The notes: generated from the sequence alone by a model not told the origin. A stretch of 64,000 bases of DNA from an uncultured Aquiluna sp. (GCA_965661645.1 CBFIEQ010000001.1:3805-67804), one strand, 5' to 3'. Shown: positions 9,488 through 21,549, counted from the first letter of the stretch. Made by a program: numbers and translations.

Positions 9488-10465
9488 CTATTCCTGCAAA
9501 ATACTGTCTGGCTGGATGTCGATCTTTGCACCTGTCAACTTGGCCGCAAGTCGAGCGTTTTGACCCTCTTTACCAATCGCCAGGGACAGCTGGAAATCTG
9601 GCACCAACACGCGCACAGCTCTGGTGGCAGCGTCGATTATGAAGCTGTCAGAGACCCGAGCCGGTGAGAGAGCATGAGCCACAAACTTTGCCAAATCCTC
9701 GGAAAAGTCAACGACATCAATCTTTTCTTCATTTAGTTCGCTGCTTACAGCGCGCACTCGTTGGCCAAGTTCGCCGATGCAAGCACCCTTGGCATTTATG
9801 CCGGGTTCCTTAGCGATCACTGCAATCTTGGTTCGGTGACCAGCCTCACGAGCCACCGAGGCAATTTCAACCTGACCAGATGCGACCTCCGGAACCTCGA
9901 GAGCAAAAAGCTTGCGGACTAGCCCGGGGTGAGTTCGAGAAACAGTTACCTGCGGACCCCTCGGACCTTTCTGAACGCTCGTTACATAAACCCTGATTCT
10001 GCTCCCGTGAGCGTAGTCCTCACCTGGAACCTGCTCCTCAGGAGGCATCAGCGCCTCCAGCGAACCAAGGTTCACATACACCATGTTCGATCTAGAGCCC
10101 TGCTGGATTTGACCCGAGACGATGTCGCCCTCTTTGCCTTTGAACTCTCCCAAAAGGCTGTCGTCTGAGATTTCTCGCATCCGTTGGGCAATTACCTGCT
10201 TGGCAGCAAAAGCCGCAACGCGGCCAAAGCCCTCGGGGGTGACATCCTCTTCGCCGACCTGCTCGCCCTCTTCGTCAAGAACTGGCTTAAAGACCTGAAC
10301 GTGCCCGGTCTTGCGATCAAGCACGGCCCGAGGACCCTTGGTGTGGTCGGCAACGTGTTTGTAGTAGGCAGCCAAGATTGCAGCCTCAATAATTAGCACA
10401 AGCTCATCAAACGGAATTTCTTTTTCGCGCTCTAATAGCCTGAGGACTTGAAGATCGATATCCAC
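9488..10465 (-). CDS. nusA: Transcription termination/antitermination factor NusA
   Basis: FGRVAAFAAKQVI, AREAGHRTKIAV and LSLAIGKEGQNARLAAKLTG motifs. Confidence 0.98.
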   Translation of the reverse strand: MDIDLQVLRLLEREKEIPFDELVLIIEAAILAAYYKHVADHTKGPRAVLDRKTGHVQVFKPVLDEEGEQVGEEDVTPEGFGRVAAFAAKQVIAQRMREISDDSLLGEFKGKEGDIVSGQIQQGSRSNMVYVNLGSLEALMPPEEQVPGEDYAHGSRIRVYVTSVQKGPRGPQVTVSRTHPGLVRKLFALEVPEVASGQVEIASVAREAGHRTKIAVIAKEPGINAKGACIGELGQRVRAVSSELNEEKIDVVDFSEDLAKFVAHALSPARVSDSFIIDAATRAVRVLVPDFQLSLAIGKEGQNARLAAKLTGAKIDIQPDSILQE

Positions 10466-10484
10466 CAGCCACTCCTTCTTCTAT

Positions 10485-12254
10485 TTAGCGCCGCGCAACA
10501 AGCTCAGCTAAAGCAGATTCTAGCTTCACCGGAACCCGCTCGCCGCTCGTTCGGTTCCAAAGCTCTACTTCACCGTCTTGAACACCGCGACCGCAGATGA
10601 TTATCCAAGGCATTCCCAGCAGTTCAGCATCAGCAAACTTGACGCCCGGAGAGAGCTTCGGACGATCATCCAGCATCACCCGTAATCCCAGCTCCTGGGC
10701 CTGAGTTGCCAGCTGCTCGGCTGCTTCGAAAGCTGCCTCATCCTTGCCGGTTGCAATGATGTGGACATTCGCAGGGGCAACCGAATCTGGCCAAATAAGT
10801 CCAACCTCATCATGAAATGCCTCGGCTATTACCGCGACCAGCCTGGTCACGCCAATGCCATAGGAACCCATGGTCACCGTGACCAGCTTTCCGTTTTCGT
10901 CGAGGACCTTGAGTTCGAGTGCCTCGGCATATTTCCTACCAAGCTGGAAAACGTGGCCGATTTCAATACCGCGCGCTAACTCAAGTGGCCCGGACCCATC
11001 TGGAGCTGGATCTCCAGCGTGAATTTCGGCGATGTCAGCAATGCCATCGGCTCTAAAGTCCCTTCCGTAGACCAAGTTGAAGACGTGGCGCTCATTCTCG
11101 TTTGCCCCAGTAATCCAAGCGCTACCGACAAACACCCTTGGGTCGACAAGGTAGCGAAGTTTGGAGGGGGTTTTCTCGCCCATGAACTGCGAACCATCTT
11201 TAGCTGGACCAATGTAGCCCTTCACCAAGCTTGGGTGCTTAGCAAAATCTGCGTCGGTTGCCTGCTCGACATCATTTGGTGCAAACCATGCCTCAGCGCG
11301 CTTTTGGTCGACCTCGCGGTCTCCAGGAAGACCCACCACCACAAGTTCTCTTTTGCCCTCTGGGCTGATAAGCGCCAAAACCACGTTCTTTAGAGTGTCC
11401 GCTGCACTAAAGGACCCTGATTTTGGTGGGTGATTGGCATTTGCGAAGTCGACCAGCGTTGCGATGGTTGGAGTATTTGGAGATTCGAAAACCTGTGCAG
11501 AGCCAATTTCCGAATAGTCCTGAGCTGGCAATTGCTCAAACCGCACGGCCTCAACATTTGCAGCAAAGCCGCTTGCGCTTCTAACAAAAGTGTCTTCACC
11601 AATTGGTGATGGGTTCAAAAACTCTTCGGACTTAGATCCACCCATCGCACCGGCATCGGCCTTGACGACAACGTACTCGAGACCGAGTCTTTGGAAGATG
11701 CGCTCATAGGCATCGCGCTGGGCTTGATAGCTCTTCTCAAGACCTTCGTCGGTGACGTCAAAACTGTAGGCGTCCTTCATCACGAATTCGCGACCGCGCA
11801 AAAGCCCGGCCCTCGGTCTTGCCTCATCCCGGTACTTGTTTTGAATCTGATAGATGCTCAGGGGTAACTCTTTATAAGAGCTGTAGAGATCCTTCACCAA
11901 AAGGGTGAAGACTTCCTCGTGGGTAGGGGCTAACAGGTAGTCAGCATCCTTGCGGTCCTTGAGCCTGAAGATGTTGTCGCCATATTCTTCCCAGCGACCA
12001 GTCGCCTCGTAGGGCTCCTTGGGAAGCAGTGCGGGAAAGAAAACCTCTTGTGCCCCAGCACTGGCCATCTCCTCGCGAACAATCTGTTCGATACGGTTCT
12101 TGACAGCAAGACCGAGCGGTAGCCATGAGAATACGCCGGGAGCAGCTCGGCGGAGGTAGCCGGCGCGAACCAGCAGGCGGTGGCTATCAACCTCAGCATC
12201 GCTGGGGTCTTCACGAAGGGTCTTCAGAAATAGATTGCTTAAGCGGTAGAGCAT
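10485..12254 (-). CDS. proS: Proline--tRNA ligase
   Basis: [32 protein letters not shown] and [11 protein letters not shown] motifs, with an editing insertion. Confidence 0.98.
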   Translation of the reverse strand: MLYRLSNLFLKTLREDPSDAEVDSHRLLVRAGYLRRAAPGVFSWLPLGLAVKNRIEQIVREEMASAGAQEVFFPALLPKEPYEATGRWEEYGDNIFRLKDRKDADYLLAPTHEEVFTLLVKDLYSSYKELPLSIYQIQNKYRDEARPRAGLLRGREFVMKDAYSFDVTDEGLEKSYQAQRDAYERIFQRLGLEYVVVKADAGAMGGSKSEEFLNPSPIGEDTFVRSASGFAANVEAVRFEQLPAQDYSEIGSAQVFESPNTPTIATLVDFANANHPPKSGSFSAADTLKNVVLALISPEGKRELVVVGLPGDREVDQKRAEAWFAPNDVEQATDADFAKHPSLVKGYIGPAKDGSQFMGEKTPSKLRYLVDPRVFVGSAWITGANENERHVFNLVYGRDFRADGIADIAEIHAGDPAPDGSGPLELARGIEIGHVFQLGRKYAEALELKVLDENGKLVTVTMGSYGIGVTRLVAVIAEAFHDEVGLIWPDSVAPANVHIIATGKDEAAFEAAEQLATQAQELGLRVMLDDRPKLSPGVKFADAELLGMPWIIICGRGVQDGEVELWNRTSGERVPVKLESALAELVARR

Positions 12255-12268
12255 GGGCTCAATGTTAG

Positions 12269-13423
12269 CTACTCGCTGACGCTAACGCTCACGCTTCCGA
12301 TCTCTGCGGTTTCCATCTCAGAGGCAATTCTGTTCGCTTCCTCAATCAAGGTCGCAACGATTTGATCCTCTGGAACGGTCTTGATGACTTCACCCTTGAC
12401 AAAGATTTGCCCCTTGCCATTGCCCGAAGCAACGCCAAGGTCGGCCTCTCTGGCTTCTCCAGGTCCATTCACGACACAGCCCATAACCGCTACTCGGATT
12501 GGAACAGTGAGGTGTTGTAATCCCTCGGTCACGTCATTGGCCAGTTTGTAAACATCGACCTGAGCACGACCACAGGATGGGCAGGAAACAATCTCAAGTT
12601 TTCTTGGACGAAGGTTCAGGCTCTCAAGAATTTGAGAACCAACCTTGATTTCTTCAACCGGAGGGGCGGATAGCGAAACTCGAATCGTGTCACCAATACC
12701 CTGAGCCAATAGAGCGCCAAAGGCAACCGAGGACTTGATTGTTCCCTGAAAGGCCGGACCCGCCTCTGTCACACCAAGGTGCAGCGGCCAGTCTCCTCGC
12801 TCGGACAATAGCTGATAGGCCTTCACCATCACGACGGGGTCGTTGTGCTTGACCGAGATCTTGAAATCGTGGAAGTCGTGCTCTTCAAACAGGCTCGCCT
12901 CCCAAACTGCTGACTCGACCAGCGCCTCTGCGGTGGGCTTGCCATATTTCTCCAGGAGCCTTGGGTCCAAAGAGCCTGCGTTGACACCAATTCTTAGTGA
13001 GATACCAGCGTCCTTGGCAGCCTTTGCAATCGCTCCAACCTGATCATCAAACTTCCGGATATTTCCAGGGTTAACTCGCACCGCACCGCAACCAGCATCA
13101 ATGGCCTGAAACACGTATTTTGGCTGAAAGTGGATGTCTGCAACCACTGGAATCTGGCTGCGCTTTGCGATGATTCGAAGCACATCTGCGTCATCCTGCG
13201 ATGGCACCGCAACTCTCACGATGTCACAGCCAGTCGCCGTTAGCTCAGCAATTTGCTGGAGGGTCCCATTGATGTCAGTGGTTGGCGTGGTGGTCATTGA
13301 CTGCACAGAAATCGGGGCATCACCGCCCACTGCGACCTTGCCAACCATAATCTGACGAGTCTTTTTGCGTGGTGCAAGAGTTGGTGGTGGGCCCTTCGGA
13401 AGACCTAGGTTTATCGCAGGCAA
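12269..13423 (-). CDS. ispG: (E)-4-hydroxy-3-methylbut-2-enyl-diphosphate synthase
   Basis: ISVQSMT, RVNPGNI, CPSCGR and [10 protein letters not shown] motifs. Confidence 0.98.
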   Translation of the reverse strand: MPAINLGLPKGPPPTLAPRKKTRQIMVGKVAVGGDAPISVQSMTTTPTTDINGTLQQIAELTATGCDIVRVAVPSQDDADVLRIIAKRSQIPVVADIHFQPKYVFQAIDAGCGAVRVNPGNIRKFDDQVGAIAKAAKDAGISLRIGVNAGSLDPRLLEKYGKPTAEALVESAVWEASLFEEHDFHDFKISVKHNDPVVMVKAYQLLSERGDWPLHLGVTEAGPAFQGTIKSSVAFGALLAQGIGDTIRVSLSAPPVEEIKVGSQILESLNLRPRKLEIVSCPSCGRAQVDVYKLANDVTEGLQHLTVPIRVAVMGCVVNGPGEAREADLGVASGNGKGQIFVKGEVIKTVPEDQIVATLIEEANRIASEMETAEIGSVSVSVSE

Positions 13424-13472
13424 TGTGTTCCTCTCATCGCGATTTATAACTCTAATCGAAACGGTTTACTTC

Positions 13473-14774
13473 CTAGAGAAGCCCGATCGGATTGACTATG
13501 TCAGCAAAAATCAAAAGTAAGCCGGTGGATAAAAGCAGCACCCAAACCGCATAGGCGATCGGCAGCGCGCGGGCTGTGTCAATCGGGCCCGGATCACGCT
13601 TTGTGACAAGCCTTGAAACCCTTCGCTTGGCACCTTCATAGAGTGCCCCCAGCACGTGGCCACCGTCGAGTGGCAACAGCGGAATGAGGTTGAAGGCAAA
13701 CAGTGCGAGGTTCAAAGTTCCAATCAGAAGTAACAGTGATGCCAACCTGGCATCAACGGGCACATTAGCCGAGGACACCTCCCCCGCCAGCTGACCGACC
13801 CCCAGGATTGAGACCGCTCCATTTGGGTCTCGCTCGGTGAATCCAAAAATCGATTGCGCTACGCCATAGACCTGCTGCGGGAGTTCCAAAATGAATCCGA
13901 GCATCGCAGCTGTTGCACCAAAAGCAAAGCCAATTGCATCTGCTATCGGAACCGGCTGCTGCTGGGGCAGCAGCTGAACACCGATTATTGGTCTGAGCTC
14001 AGTAACAGGCAGTCCGTTCTCCTGAGTCAAGGGAGCATTGTTTGCATCGAACAGCTGCCTCTCGACAAAGACCGGGGTAATGCTCAGCGCAACCCGCTCA
14101 CCCTCACGGAGCACAACCAACTCCGTGGCGCCACCTGGGGATTGGTTCAAGATTTCGACTACTTCGTTCCAAGCGCTGACCTCTTCACCGCCAGCGGCAA
14201 CCACTTTGTCCCCTGGCTGCATTCCAGCGAGCGCCGCCGGTGAAGTTGGTGCGCCTGCAGGGCAGCTGCCGTCAGCCGAAGCGTCTATGCAGTTGTAAAC
14301 CTGATTTATGTTCATGGAGTTCTGCATCTGCCCGATGCCGCTTAGCGCCGTTGCAATCAGAACCACACCCAAGAAAAAGTTCATGACCGGGCCACCGAGC
14401 ATGATTGTGAGTTTTTTCCACATCGAAAGTTTGTAGAACTGACGATCTTCATCGGCGGGATCGAGCTCTTTGCGGACCTCTGCCCTAGCCTCGTTGATCC
14501 ACTTCGAAAATGGGCCGCGATAGGGCTTGGTTTCCGGAGGATACATACCCTCCATCAGAATGTAGCCACCAAGCGGGAAGGCCTTCAAGCCATACTCGGT
14601 CTCACCCCTGTGCCGAGAAAACACGGTGGGGCCGAACCCAATCATGTATTGCTTGACCTTCAATCCAAAGATCTTTGCTGGAACCAGGTGCCCGATTTCA
14701 TGCAGTCCAATTGATAGCGCGATACCCAAAAGGACCACCATGATCCCAAGGATGTAAAGCAAAATGTCAATCAC
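13473..14774 (-). CDS. M50 site-2 intramembrane protease with PDZ domain (Rip1/RseP)
   Basis: HEIGH and NLIPLLPLDGGH motifs; lies between dxr and ispG. Confidence 0.95.
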   Translation of the reverse strand: MIDILLYILGIMVVLLGIALSIGLHEIGHLVPAKIFGLKVKQYMIGFGPTVFSRHRGETEYGLKAFPLGGYILMEGMYPPETKPYRGPFSKWINEARAEVRKELDPADEDRQFYKLSMWKKLTIMLGGPVMNFFLGVVLIATALSGIGQMQNSMNINQVYNCIDASADGSCPAGAPTSPAALAGMQPGDKVVAAGGEEVSAWNEVVEILNQSPGGATELVVLREGERVALSITPVFVERQLFDANNAPLTQENGLPVTELRPIIGVQLLPQQQPVPIADAIGFAFGATAAMLGFILELPQQVYGVAQSIFGFTERDPNGAVSILGVGQLAGEVSSANVPVDARLASLLLLIGTLNLALFAFNLIPLLPLDGGHVLGALYEGAKRRVSRLVTKRDPGPIDTARALPIAYAVWVLLLSTGLLLIFADIVNPIGLL

Positions 14775-14802
14775 CTGTAAAGGCTAACTGCTTTAGGGCT
14801 AG

Positions 14803-15891
14803 CTACCGCTTAGCTATCAGCGAATCGGCAGTTGCCCTGGCCCAGCTCTCTGCCTCCAAGAGCACGTCCATGCTCAGCTCTTTTTCAGGGTCGTGAGCCT
14901 GAATCGTTTCCTCGATGATGTCAAGGATTTGTAAGAATCCAATCTTTCCATCGTGAAAGGCGTCCACTGCTTGCTCGTTGGAGGCGTTGTAGATTGCCGG
15001 ATAGGTAAGACCCTTTTCCCCAACCTCTCTCGCCATTGCGACGGCTCTGAAGACGCTCTCGTCCAGGGGTTCAAAGTTCCAGGTGTGCGCTAGTGACCAA
15101 TCAAGCGGCGGGGTGGTGTTTGGCACTCTGTCGGGCCAGGCCATACCAAGGGCGATAGGGAGCTTCATGTCTGTAATGGAAGCCTGTGCGATCACCGAGC
15201 CATCGTTAAACTCCACCATTGAGTGCACGATTGATTGCGGGTGAACCGTGACCGCTATTCGGTCAAAACTAATTCCAAACAGCAGTGATGCTTCAATCAC
15301 CTCTAGCCCCTTATTGACCAAGGTTGCCGAGTTGGTGGTGACCACCCTGCCCATGTTCCACGTTGGATGCTTTAGCGCTTGGGCTGGGGTAACAGTTGCC
15401 AACTGCTCTTTGCTAAAACCCCTAAAGGGGCCACCAGAGGCGGTTAGCACAAGCCTCTTGACTTCAGATTCGCTACCCGAACGTAACGCTTGAGCAATTG
15501 CGGAATGCTCAGAGTCGACCGGAACTATTTGCCCTGGGCTTGCAAGAGCGGTCACCAACTCGCCACCCACAATCAGCGATTCTTTATTGGCAAGAGCAAG
15601 TGTTTTTCCGGTCTCCAGACTCGCTATCGTCGCAAATAGGCCAGCAGAACCTGTGATTCCGTTTAGCACGACATCCGCTTCAGACGCCCTAACAAGATCT
15701 GCCGCCTCTTGAGGACCTCTCGCGATTTGTGAATCACTGAGACCAAACTGGCTTGCCTGTGCATGAGCCAGCTCGCTGCTGGAGTTGTAGCTGATTCCCA
15801 CGAGGTCGAACAGGTCGGGATTCTTGGAGATAACCTCAAGCGCCTGGGTCCCGATTGAGCCGGTTGAACCTAAGACAATAACTTTGCGCAT
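14803..15891 (-). CDS. dxr: 1-deoxy-D-xylulose-5-phosphate reductoisomerase
   Basis: LGSTGSIGTQ, LANKESL, PVDSEH and HPTWNMG motifs. Confidence 0.98.
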   Translation of the reverse strand: MRKVIVLGSTGSIGTQALEVISKNPDLFDLVGISYNSSSELAHAQASQFGLSDSQIARGPQEAADLVRASEADVVLNGITGSAGLFATIASLETGKTLALANKESLIVGGELVTALASPGQIVPVDSEHSAIAQALRSGSESEVKRLVLTASGGPFRGFSKEQLATVTPAQALKHPTWNMGRVVTTNSATLVNKGLEVIEASLLFGISFDRIAVTVHPQSIVHSMVEFNDGSVIAQASITDMKLPIALGMAWPDRVPNTTPPLDWSLAHTWNFEPLDESVFRAVAMAREVGEKGLTYPAIYNASNEQAVDAFHDGKIGFLQILDIIEETIQAHDPEKELSMDVLLEAESWARATADSLIAKR

Positions 15892-15968
15892 GCATCAAAG
15901 CTTAGAACTCGCTAGGCATCCACCGCCGGTTCACCTAAAAACCCCTTCAATGAATCTAGACTCTTGGC

Positions 15969-17297
15969 ATGAGTCTTGAACAAAAAAGAGTTTTGCTAAC
16001 CCCTATCCCAGGTCCAGAGTCTGCCAAACTGCAGGATCGTCGAAATGCTGTCGTCTCAGCGGGAGTCGGCACAATGTTGCCAACCTTTATCACCGAGGCA
16101 CACGGGGCCATCTTGAAAGATGCTGATGGCAATCAGCTAATCGACATGGGTTCTGGAATCGGAGTGGTCACCATTGGCCACACAAACCCTCAGCTGGTCG
16201 AAGCAGTGCAGCAGCAAGTTGCCAAATTCACTCACACGTTGTTCACTGTCGCACCCTACGAGGGCTACGTTCGAGCCGCTGAGCTGTTGACTCAAGCTGC
16301 CCCGGGTAATTTCAAGAAGAAGGCAGCCTTTTTCAACTCTGGAGCAGAGGCTGTTGAAAACGCCGTGAAGATTGCTCGCAAGGCCACCTCTCGCACCGAG
16401 ATTGCAGTCTTTGACCACGCTTACCACGGCCGCACTAACCTCACGATGTCCATGAACTTCAAAGCTCACCCCTATGGAACCGGGTTTGGTCCACTGGCTG
16501 GAAGCGTTCACCACGCTCCAATGAGCTACCCCTTCCGCGATCCAGCCGGCATGACTGGCGAAGAGGCTGCGACTAGAGCGATCACCTATCTAGAAAAGCG
16601 CGTTGGAGCTGGCCAGCTGGCCGCAGTATTCATCGAACCTATTCAGGGCGAAGGTGGCTTTATTGTTCCCGCACCTGGCTTCCTGAGGACGCTTGACTCC
16701 TGGTGCAAGGCAAACGGCATCGTAATGGTGGCCGACGAGGTTCAGTCTGGCATGGCGAGAACCGGTGCCTGGTTTGCAAGCTCATGGGAGGAAGGTTTTG
16801 AACCTGACCTGCTAACGGTTGCAAAGGGTATCGCCGGTGGAATGCCGCTATCAGGTGTGGTTGGCAGAGCAGAGATCATGGATGCGGCTCACGCCGGAGG
16901 TCTAGGTGGCACATTTGGTGGCTCCCCCACCGCTCTCGCGGCAGGAGTTGCCGTTATGGAGCAGTATGCAACAGGAGACTGGTTCCAAAGAGCCTTGCAA
17001 ATCGGAGAGATGCTCGAGGGAAGGCTAAACGCACTGCGCAACAGCTACCCAATCATCGGAGATGTTCGAGGTAAGGGAGCCATGCAGGCCATCGAGCTGG
17101 TTATCCCAGAGACTCAGGCACCGAACGCTGAGGCCACAACTGAGCTAATGAAGCACTGCCACCAAAACGGTGTCCTGATTCTCAACGCTGGCACCTACAA
17201 CAACGTGATTCGATTCTTGCCGCCATTGGCTATCTCAGATGAGCTACTCAATGATGCACTTGATGTGCTGGCGGTCGGGCTGGCAAAAATCTCCTGA
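15969..17297 (+). CDS. gabT: 4-aminobutyrate--2-oxoglutarate transaminase
   Basis: NSGAEAVENAVK, YHGRT, ADEVQSG and AKGIAGGMPLS motifs. Leaderless (TAGACT-6 nt-ATG). Confidence 0.9.
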   Translation: MSLEQKRVLLTPIPGPESAKLQDRRNAVVSAGVGTMLPTFITEAHGAILKDADGNQLIDMGSGIGVVTIGHTNPQLVEAVQQQVAKFTHTLFTVAPYEGYVRAAELLTQAAPGNFKKKAAFFNSGAEAVENAVKIARKATSRTEIAVFDHAYHGRTNLTMSMNFKAHPYGTGFGPLAGSVHHAPMSYPFRDPAGMTGEEAATRAITYLEKRVGAGQLAAVFIEPIQGEGGFIVPAPGFLRTLDSWCKANGIVMVADEVQSGMARTGAWFASSWEEGFEPDLLTVAKGIAGGMPLSGVVGRAEIMDAAHAGGLGGTFGGSPTALAAGVAVMEQYATGDWFQRALQIGEMLEGRLNALRNSYPIIGDVRGKGAMQAIELVIPETQAPNAEATTELMKHCHQNGVLILNAGTYNNVIRFLPPLAISDELLNDALDVLAVGLAKIS

Positions 17298-17366
17298 GTC
17301 ACCCCTTAGAGTGGTTTTTGGCCAATCAGAGCCGAGAATCGAACTAGGAATCGAAGGTGATTCATT

Positions 17367-18725
17367 GTGAGCGGCTATGCCAATCGCGAGCGTCTAGAGG
17401 CGCTGTATCAAGAACAAGTTGAAATTTACGTAGCAAAGCATTCTGGGTCAAAGGCCGCTCACGAGCGCGCCACGGCCAATCTGCTTGGCGGCGTGCCCAT
17501 GATTTGGATGAAGAAGTGGCCGGGGCCATTCCCGCTCTATGTCCAGAGCGCCAAGGGTTCCCATTTCAAAGACATTGATGGCAACGATTTCACAGATCTC
17601 TGCCTGGGCGACACCGGCGCCATGACTGGCCACTCCCCAGATGCAACTGTGAAAGCGGTGCAGGAGCAAGTCGCCAATGGCGTAACCCTGATGCTCCCCA
17701 CTGAAAAAGCACAGCAAAACGCCAGCATCCTGGCAGATCGCTTCGGTGTCCCAATTTGGCAATTTACCCTCAGTGCAACGGATGCAAACCGCCACCTAAT
17801 TCGCTATGCGCGTGAGGTGACGGGACGGAGGAAGATTGCCGTTCACGATTGGTGCTACCACGGAACAGTAGATGAAACCTTTGCAGTACTGGACGATGAT
17901 GGAAACACCGTTGCCAGAAAAGACAACATTGGAAGGCCAACCGAGCTAAATCAGACCACCTGGTCAATACCATTCAATGACCTAGATGCTGCTGAAAAGG
18001 CGTTTCAGTCAGGCGAGATTGCCGCCCTGCTAATGGAGCCGGCCCTGACCAACATCGGAATCGTATTGCCTGAACCGGGCTATCTCGAAGGCCTTCAGGC
18101 TCTGTGTAAAAAATACGACGTGATTTGGATTCTGGATGAAACCCACACCCTCTCAGCAGGCGTTGGCGGGATGACTGGTGATTTAGATCTGAAGCCTGAT
18201 GCCGTAGTTCTTGGAAAGACCATAGGTGGAGGAATCCCTGTCGGCGCATTTGGCATGAGTCAAAAACTTGCTGATCGAATTTCAAACGCCCTAAACCTAG
18301 AAACTATCGACGTTGGCGGCGTTGGTGGAACTTTGGCAGGTAATGCACTTTCAATGGCCGCGGTGAACGCAACGTTGTCTGAGGTCCTAACCGAACAAAA
18401 CTTCGCTCACATGACCCAGATGGCGACAGATTGGGAGTCGAAGGTCCAGGAAGTAATTGATCAGTACTCGCTTCCCTGGCAGGTCTCTCGGATTGGTTGT
18501 CGAGCCGAATTTAGCTTCCGAGAAAGCGCTCCTTTGACCGGTCGCGAAGCGGCGGATGCCGAGGATTTTGAGCTGCAACAATTCCTTCAGCTTCACGCCA
18601 TAAATCACGGGGTGCTAATGACACCGTTTCACAACATGGCTCTGTTCTCTCCGGAGGCAACACTTGCCGATGTCGAAAGACACCACGAGCACTTCGAGGC
18701 CGCCGCCAAAAAACTATTTGGTTAG
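17367..18725 (+). CDS. Class-III PLP aminotransferase, GSA-aminomutase-like, substrate unknown
   Basis: LGDTGAMTGH, YHGTVDE, LDETHT and GKTIGGGIPVGAFG motifs. Confidence 0.85.
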   Translation: MSGYANRERLEALYQEQVEIYVAKHSGSKAAHERATANLLGGVPMIWMKKWPGPFPLYVQSAKGSHFKDIDGNDFTDLCLGDTGAMTGHSPDATVKAVQEQVANGVTLMLPTEKAQQNASILADRFGVPIWQFTLSATDANRHLIRYAREVTGRRKIAVHDWCYHGTVDETFAVLDDDGNTVARKDNIGRPTELNQTTWSIPFNDLDAAEKAFQSGEIAALLMEPALTNIGIVLPEPGYLEGLQALCKKYDVIWILDETHTLSAGVGGMTGDLDLKPDAVVLGKTIGGGIPVGAFGMSQKLADRISNALNLETIDVGGVGGTLAGNALSMAAVNATLSEVLTEQNFAHMTQMATDWESKVQEVIDQYSLPWQVSRIGCRAEFSFRESAPLTGREAADAEDFELQQFLQLHAINHGVLMTPFHNMALFSPEATLADVERHHEHFEAAAKKLFG

Positions 18726-19511
18726 CTTCTTGCGCTTTAGTGAGGAGCGAACCTGAACGCTCACCACAATCGCGATTGCCACGATAAACACGAATGAGCC
18801 AATCACGTTTGCCTCTGGTGGAATACCCCTGGCCGCTGCGGTGTAGACAAATTTCGGGAAGGTGTCAACCGCTCCGGAGTTGAACTGGGTGATGATGAAG
18901 TCATCAAAACTAAGTGCGAAAGCAAGCATCGCAGCAGCCAAAATTCCCGGTAGCAACAACGGAAGAGTGACCTTTAGGAAAACTTGAGTGGGATTTGCAT
19001 ATAGATCCTTGCCAGCCTCTTCAAGGGCTGGGTCTAAGGTTGCAACTCTCGCTTTAACCGTGACGACCACGAAGCTCAGCGTGAACATCACGTGAGCAAT
19101 GATGACGGTCGGTAGACCCTTTGGCCAGCCGAAGTCCAAAAACTGTGCAGCAAGGCCGGCCCCCATGACAACCTCAGGGGTTGCTAGTGGCAGAAACAGG
19201 AGCAAATTAGTGGCGCTTCGGAACTTGAACCTGTAGCGCACCAGAGCAATGGCGATCATGGTGCCCAGCACTGTTGAGACAGCCGTTGCACTGACTGCAA
19301 TCAAAATCGAGTTACCGAAGGCGGTGCAGACCTCGGCCTGGTTACAAACGTCTAACCAGTTGTCCAAAGTGAAGCCACGCCAAATGATATTGGACTTGAT
19401 CGAGTCATTGAACGAGAACACGAACGTGTATCCGATTGGAATCATCAAGAACAAGAAAGTTAGCGCTACGTAGGTAGGCAGCAGGTACTTGCCAAGTGAG
19501 AAACGGGTCAT
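18714..19511 (-). CDS. potC: Polyamine ABC transporter permease
   Basis: EAA loop LEEAGKDLYA; LSFDDF motif. Confidence 0.9.
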   Translation of the reverse strand: MTRFSLGKYLLPTYVALTFLFLMIPIGYTFVFSFNDSIKSNIIWRGFTLDNWLDVCNQAEVCTAFGNSILIAVSATAVSTVLGTMIAIALVRYRFKFRSATNLLLFLPLATPEVVMGAGLAAQFLDFGWPKGLPTVIIAHVMFTLSFVVVTVKARVATLDPALEEAGKDLYANPTQVFLKVTLPLLLPGILAAAMLAFALSFDDFIITQFNSGAVDTFPKFVYTAAARGIPPEANVIGSFVFIVAIAIVVSVQVRSSLKRKKLTK

Positions 19512-20422
19512 AGTAGATCGTCCGTTCCGCTTCGTCTGACGTAGGCAGAGACCAGCACGACAATCGTTGCCATCAGCATCACCGAGAGTGCTGAGGCCGT
19601 TGGATAGTCCTGAATTCTCAGGAAGTTAGTCTCAACCACATTTCCGATCATGGCCGTTGAAGATGACCCCAGGAAATCTCGGCTTGCCACGACATAGTCA
19701 CCGCTGATTGGAATGAAGGTCAGCAGTGTGCCGGAAATAACTCCGGGTAGAGAAAGCGGGAAGGTAATCTTCCAGAACACGGTCGCGGGGTTCGCATAAA
19801 GGTCCCCGCCAGCTTCCACCAATCGAATGTCCAACCGATCCAGGCTTGCATAAATCGGCAGAGTCATGAACGGAATGAAGTTATAAACCAGCCCAAAGAC
19901 AACCGCAAAGTCGGTGCCGATGATGTTGGTATCCGCTCCGAAAATCCCAACGTTCTTAAGTAGGTTCACGATGAAGGAATCGTTTGAAAAGATCTGCTTC
20001 CATGCGAAAGTTCGAAGCAAGAAAGAAATGAAGAATGGAGCAATAACCAGGGTCAGCAGCAGTCCCTGCAGTAGCGGCTTGTTTCGAGCCTTGACTCCAA
20101 TGAAATACGCAATCGGATAGCTAATCAACAGCGCGACAATCGTTGCTATAAGCGCATAGGTGAAAGAGCGGAAAATCTGAGGAGCATATTGACTGATGGC
20201 AAAGCCATAGTTGCCAAGCTCAAAGGCCAGGTCGTATCTCCCGATCACTCCGGAGGCGCTAGGGGCCTTCAGGGATGTTGTAATCAGTGAAATCAGCGGG
20301 GTGATGAAGAAAAGACCGAGGTATGCCAAACCGGGCGTTAGAAGCACAAGCGCGATGCGACCAGACTTTGTGGGCCCCTGCTGCTTTTGAGGGGTTGACT
20401 GGCCAAATGCTACAAAGGCCAT
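19508..20422 (-). CDS. potB: Polyamine ABC transporter permease
   Basis: PFMTLPIYASL and LVEAGGDLYA motifs. Confidence 0.9.
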   Translation of the reverse strand: MAFVAFGQSTPQKQQGPTKSGRIALVLLTPGLAYLGLFFITPLISLITTSLKAPSASGVIGRYDLAFELGNYGFAISQYAPQIFRSFTYALIATIVALLISYPIAYFIGVKARNKPLLQGLLLTLVIAPFFISFLLRTFAWKQIFSNDSFIVNLLKNVGIFGADTNIIGTDFAVVFGLVYNFIPFMTLPIYASLDRLDIRLVEAGGDLYANPATVFWKITFPLSLPGVISGTLLTFIPISGDYVVASRDFLGSSSTAMIGNVVETNFLRIQDYPTASALSVMLMATIVVLVSAYVRRSGTDDLL

Positions 20423-20424
20423 CG

Positions 20425-21549
20425 CTACTCTTCGATTTCAGATCCGGTGGGCAAATCCGATAGACCGAAGCTGTGCTCGACCTTCCAGCTAACCCATACG
20501 GTTGCACCTAGTTCCACTACTGGCGAGCGGCCGATGTTCTGAGCGAACACTGTTATCTCACCAACGCCTGGGATCTCGATCTGATACTGATTGGAAACTC
20601 CGGTAAACCTAATGTCGGTTATTTGACCAGGCCCCAAAATATTTAGCCCCGCCGCATCAGCTGGCTTTTCTTCGTGGAACTGTACCTTCTCAGGTCTCAC
20701 TCCAAACGCCACTTTGCCACTGGTCTTTTCACATCGTTTAGCTAGGGCTGAGAGCTTGGTTTGGTTATAGCTGATGCTTACCACTTCGTTGCTCTCAACA
20801 ACGTCACCGACAAAGATGTTGGATTGCCCCAAGAACTTTGCAACAAAAGCGGTCTTTGGCCTGTCATAAAGAGCCTCCGGAGCACCCATCTGCTCAATGT
20901 GACCCTGGTTCATGACCGCAACGGTGTCAGCCATATCCATGGCCTCTTCCTGATCGTGAGTAACGTGCAGGAAGGTGAGACCGACCTCCATTTGAATGGC
21001 TTTTAGCTCGATCTGCATCTGCCTTCGCAATTTGAGATCCAAGGCACCCAGCGGCTCGTCAAGCAGCAAAAGCGATGGCCTGTTGACCATGGCTCGCGCA
21101 AGAGCAACTCGCTGCTGCTGTCCACCCGACAGCTGTTGAGGTTTGCGCTCACCAAGGTGTTCCAGCTCAACCATTGCAAGTGCCTCTGCCGCTCGCTTGA
21201 GTGGCTCCGCAACTTTCTTCTGACGAAGACCAAATGCAACGTTCTCAATGACACTCATGTGAGGGAACAGCGCGTAGTTCTGGAACACTGTGTTGACCGG
21301 ACGCTCGTGTGGCTTGGTGTTGGTTACATCCTTACCACCGAGCAAGATCTTTCCGGCGCTCGGACTCTCGAGTCCAGCGATCATGCGCAACGTTGTTGTC
21401 TTGCCACACCCTGAGGGGCCTAATAGCGCAAAGAACTCCCCGGCCGGAATCTTGAGGTCAAGATCATTGACCGCAACAAAGCCGGGGAACTCTTTGCGAA
21501 TACCTTGGAGCTCAAGATCTTGCCCTTGAGCAACGAAGTTATTTGACAA
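20425..21549 (-). CDS. potA: Polyamine ABC transporter ATP-binding protein
   Basis: [17 protein letters not shown] and [10 protein letters not shown] motifs; C-terminal TOBE-like region. Confidence 0.93.
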   Translation of the reverse strand: MSNNFVAQGQDLELQGIRKEFPGFVAVNDLDLKIPAGEFFALLGPSGCGKTTTLRMIAGLESPSAGKILLGGKDVTNTKPHERPVNTVFQNYALFPHMSVIENVAFGLRQKKVAEPLKRAAEALAMVELEHLGERKPQQLSGGQQQRVALARAMVNRPSLLLLDEPLGALDLKLRRQMQIELKAIQMEVGLTFLHVTHDQEEAMDMADTVAVMNQGHIEQMGAPEALYDRPKTAFVAKFLGQSNIFVGDVVESNEVVSISYNQTKLSALAKRCEKTSGKVAFGVRPEKVQFHEEKPADAAGLNILGPGQITDIRFTGVSNQYQIEIPGVGEITVFAQNIGRSPVVELGATVWVSWKVEHSFGLSDLPTGSEIEE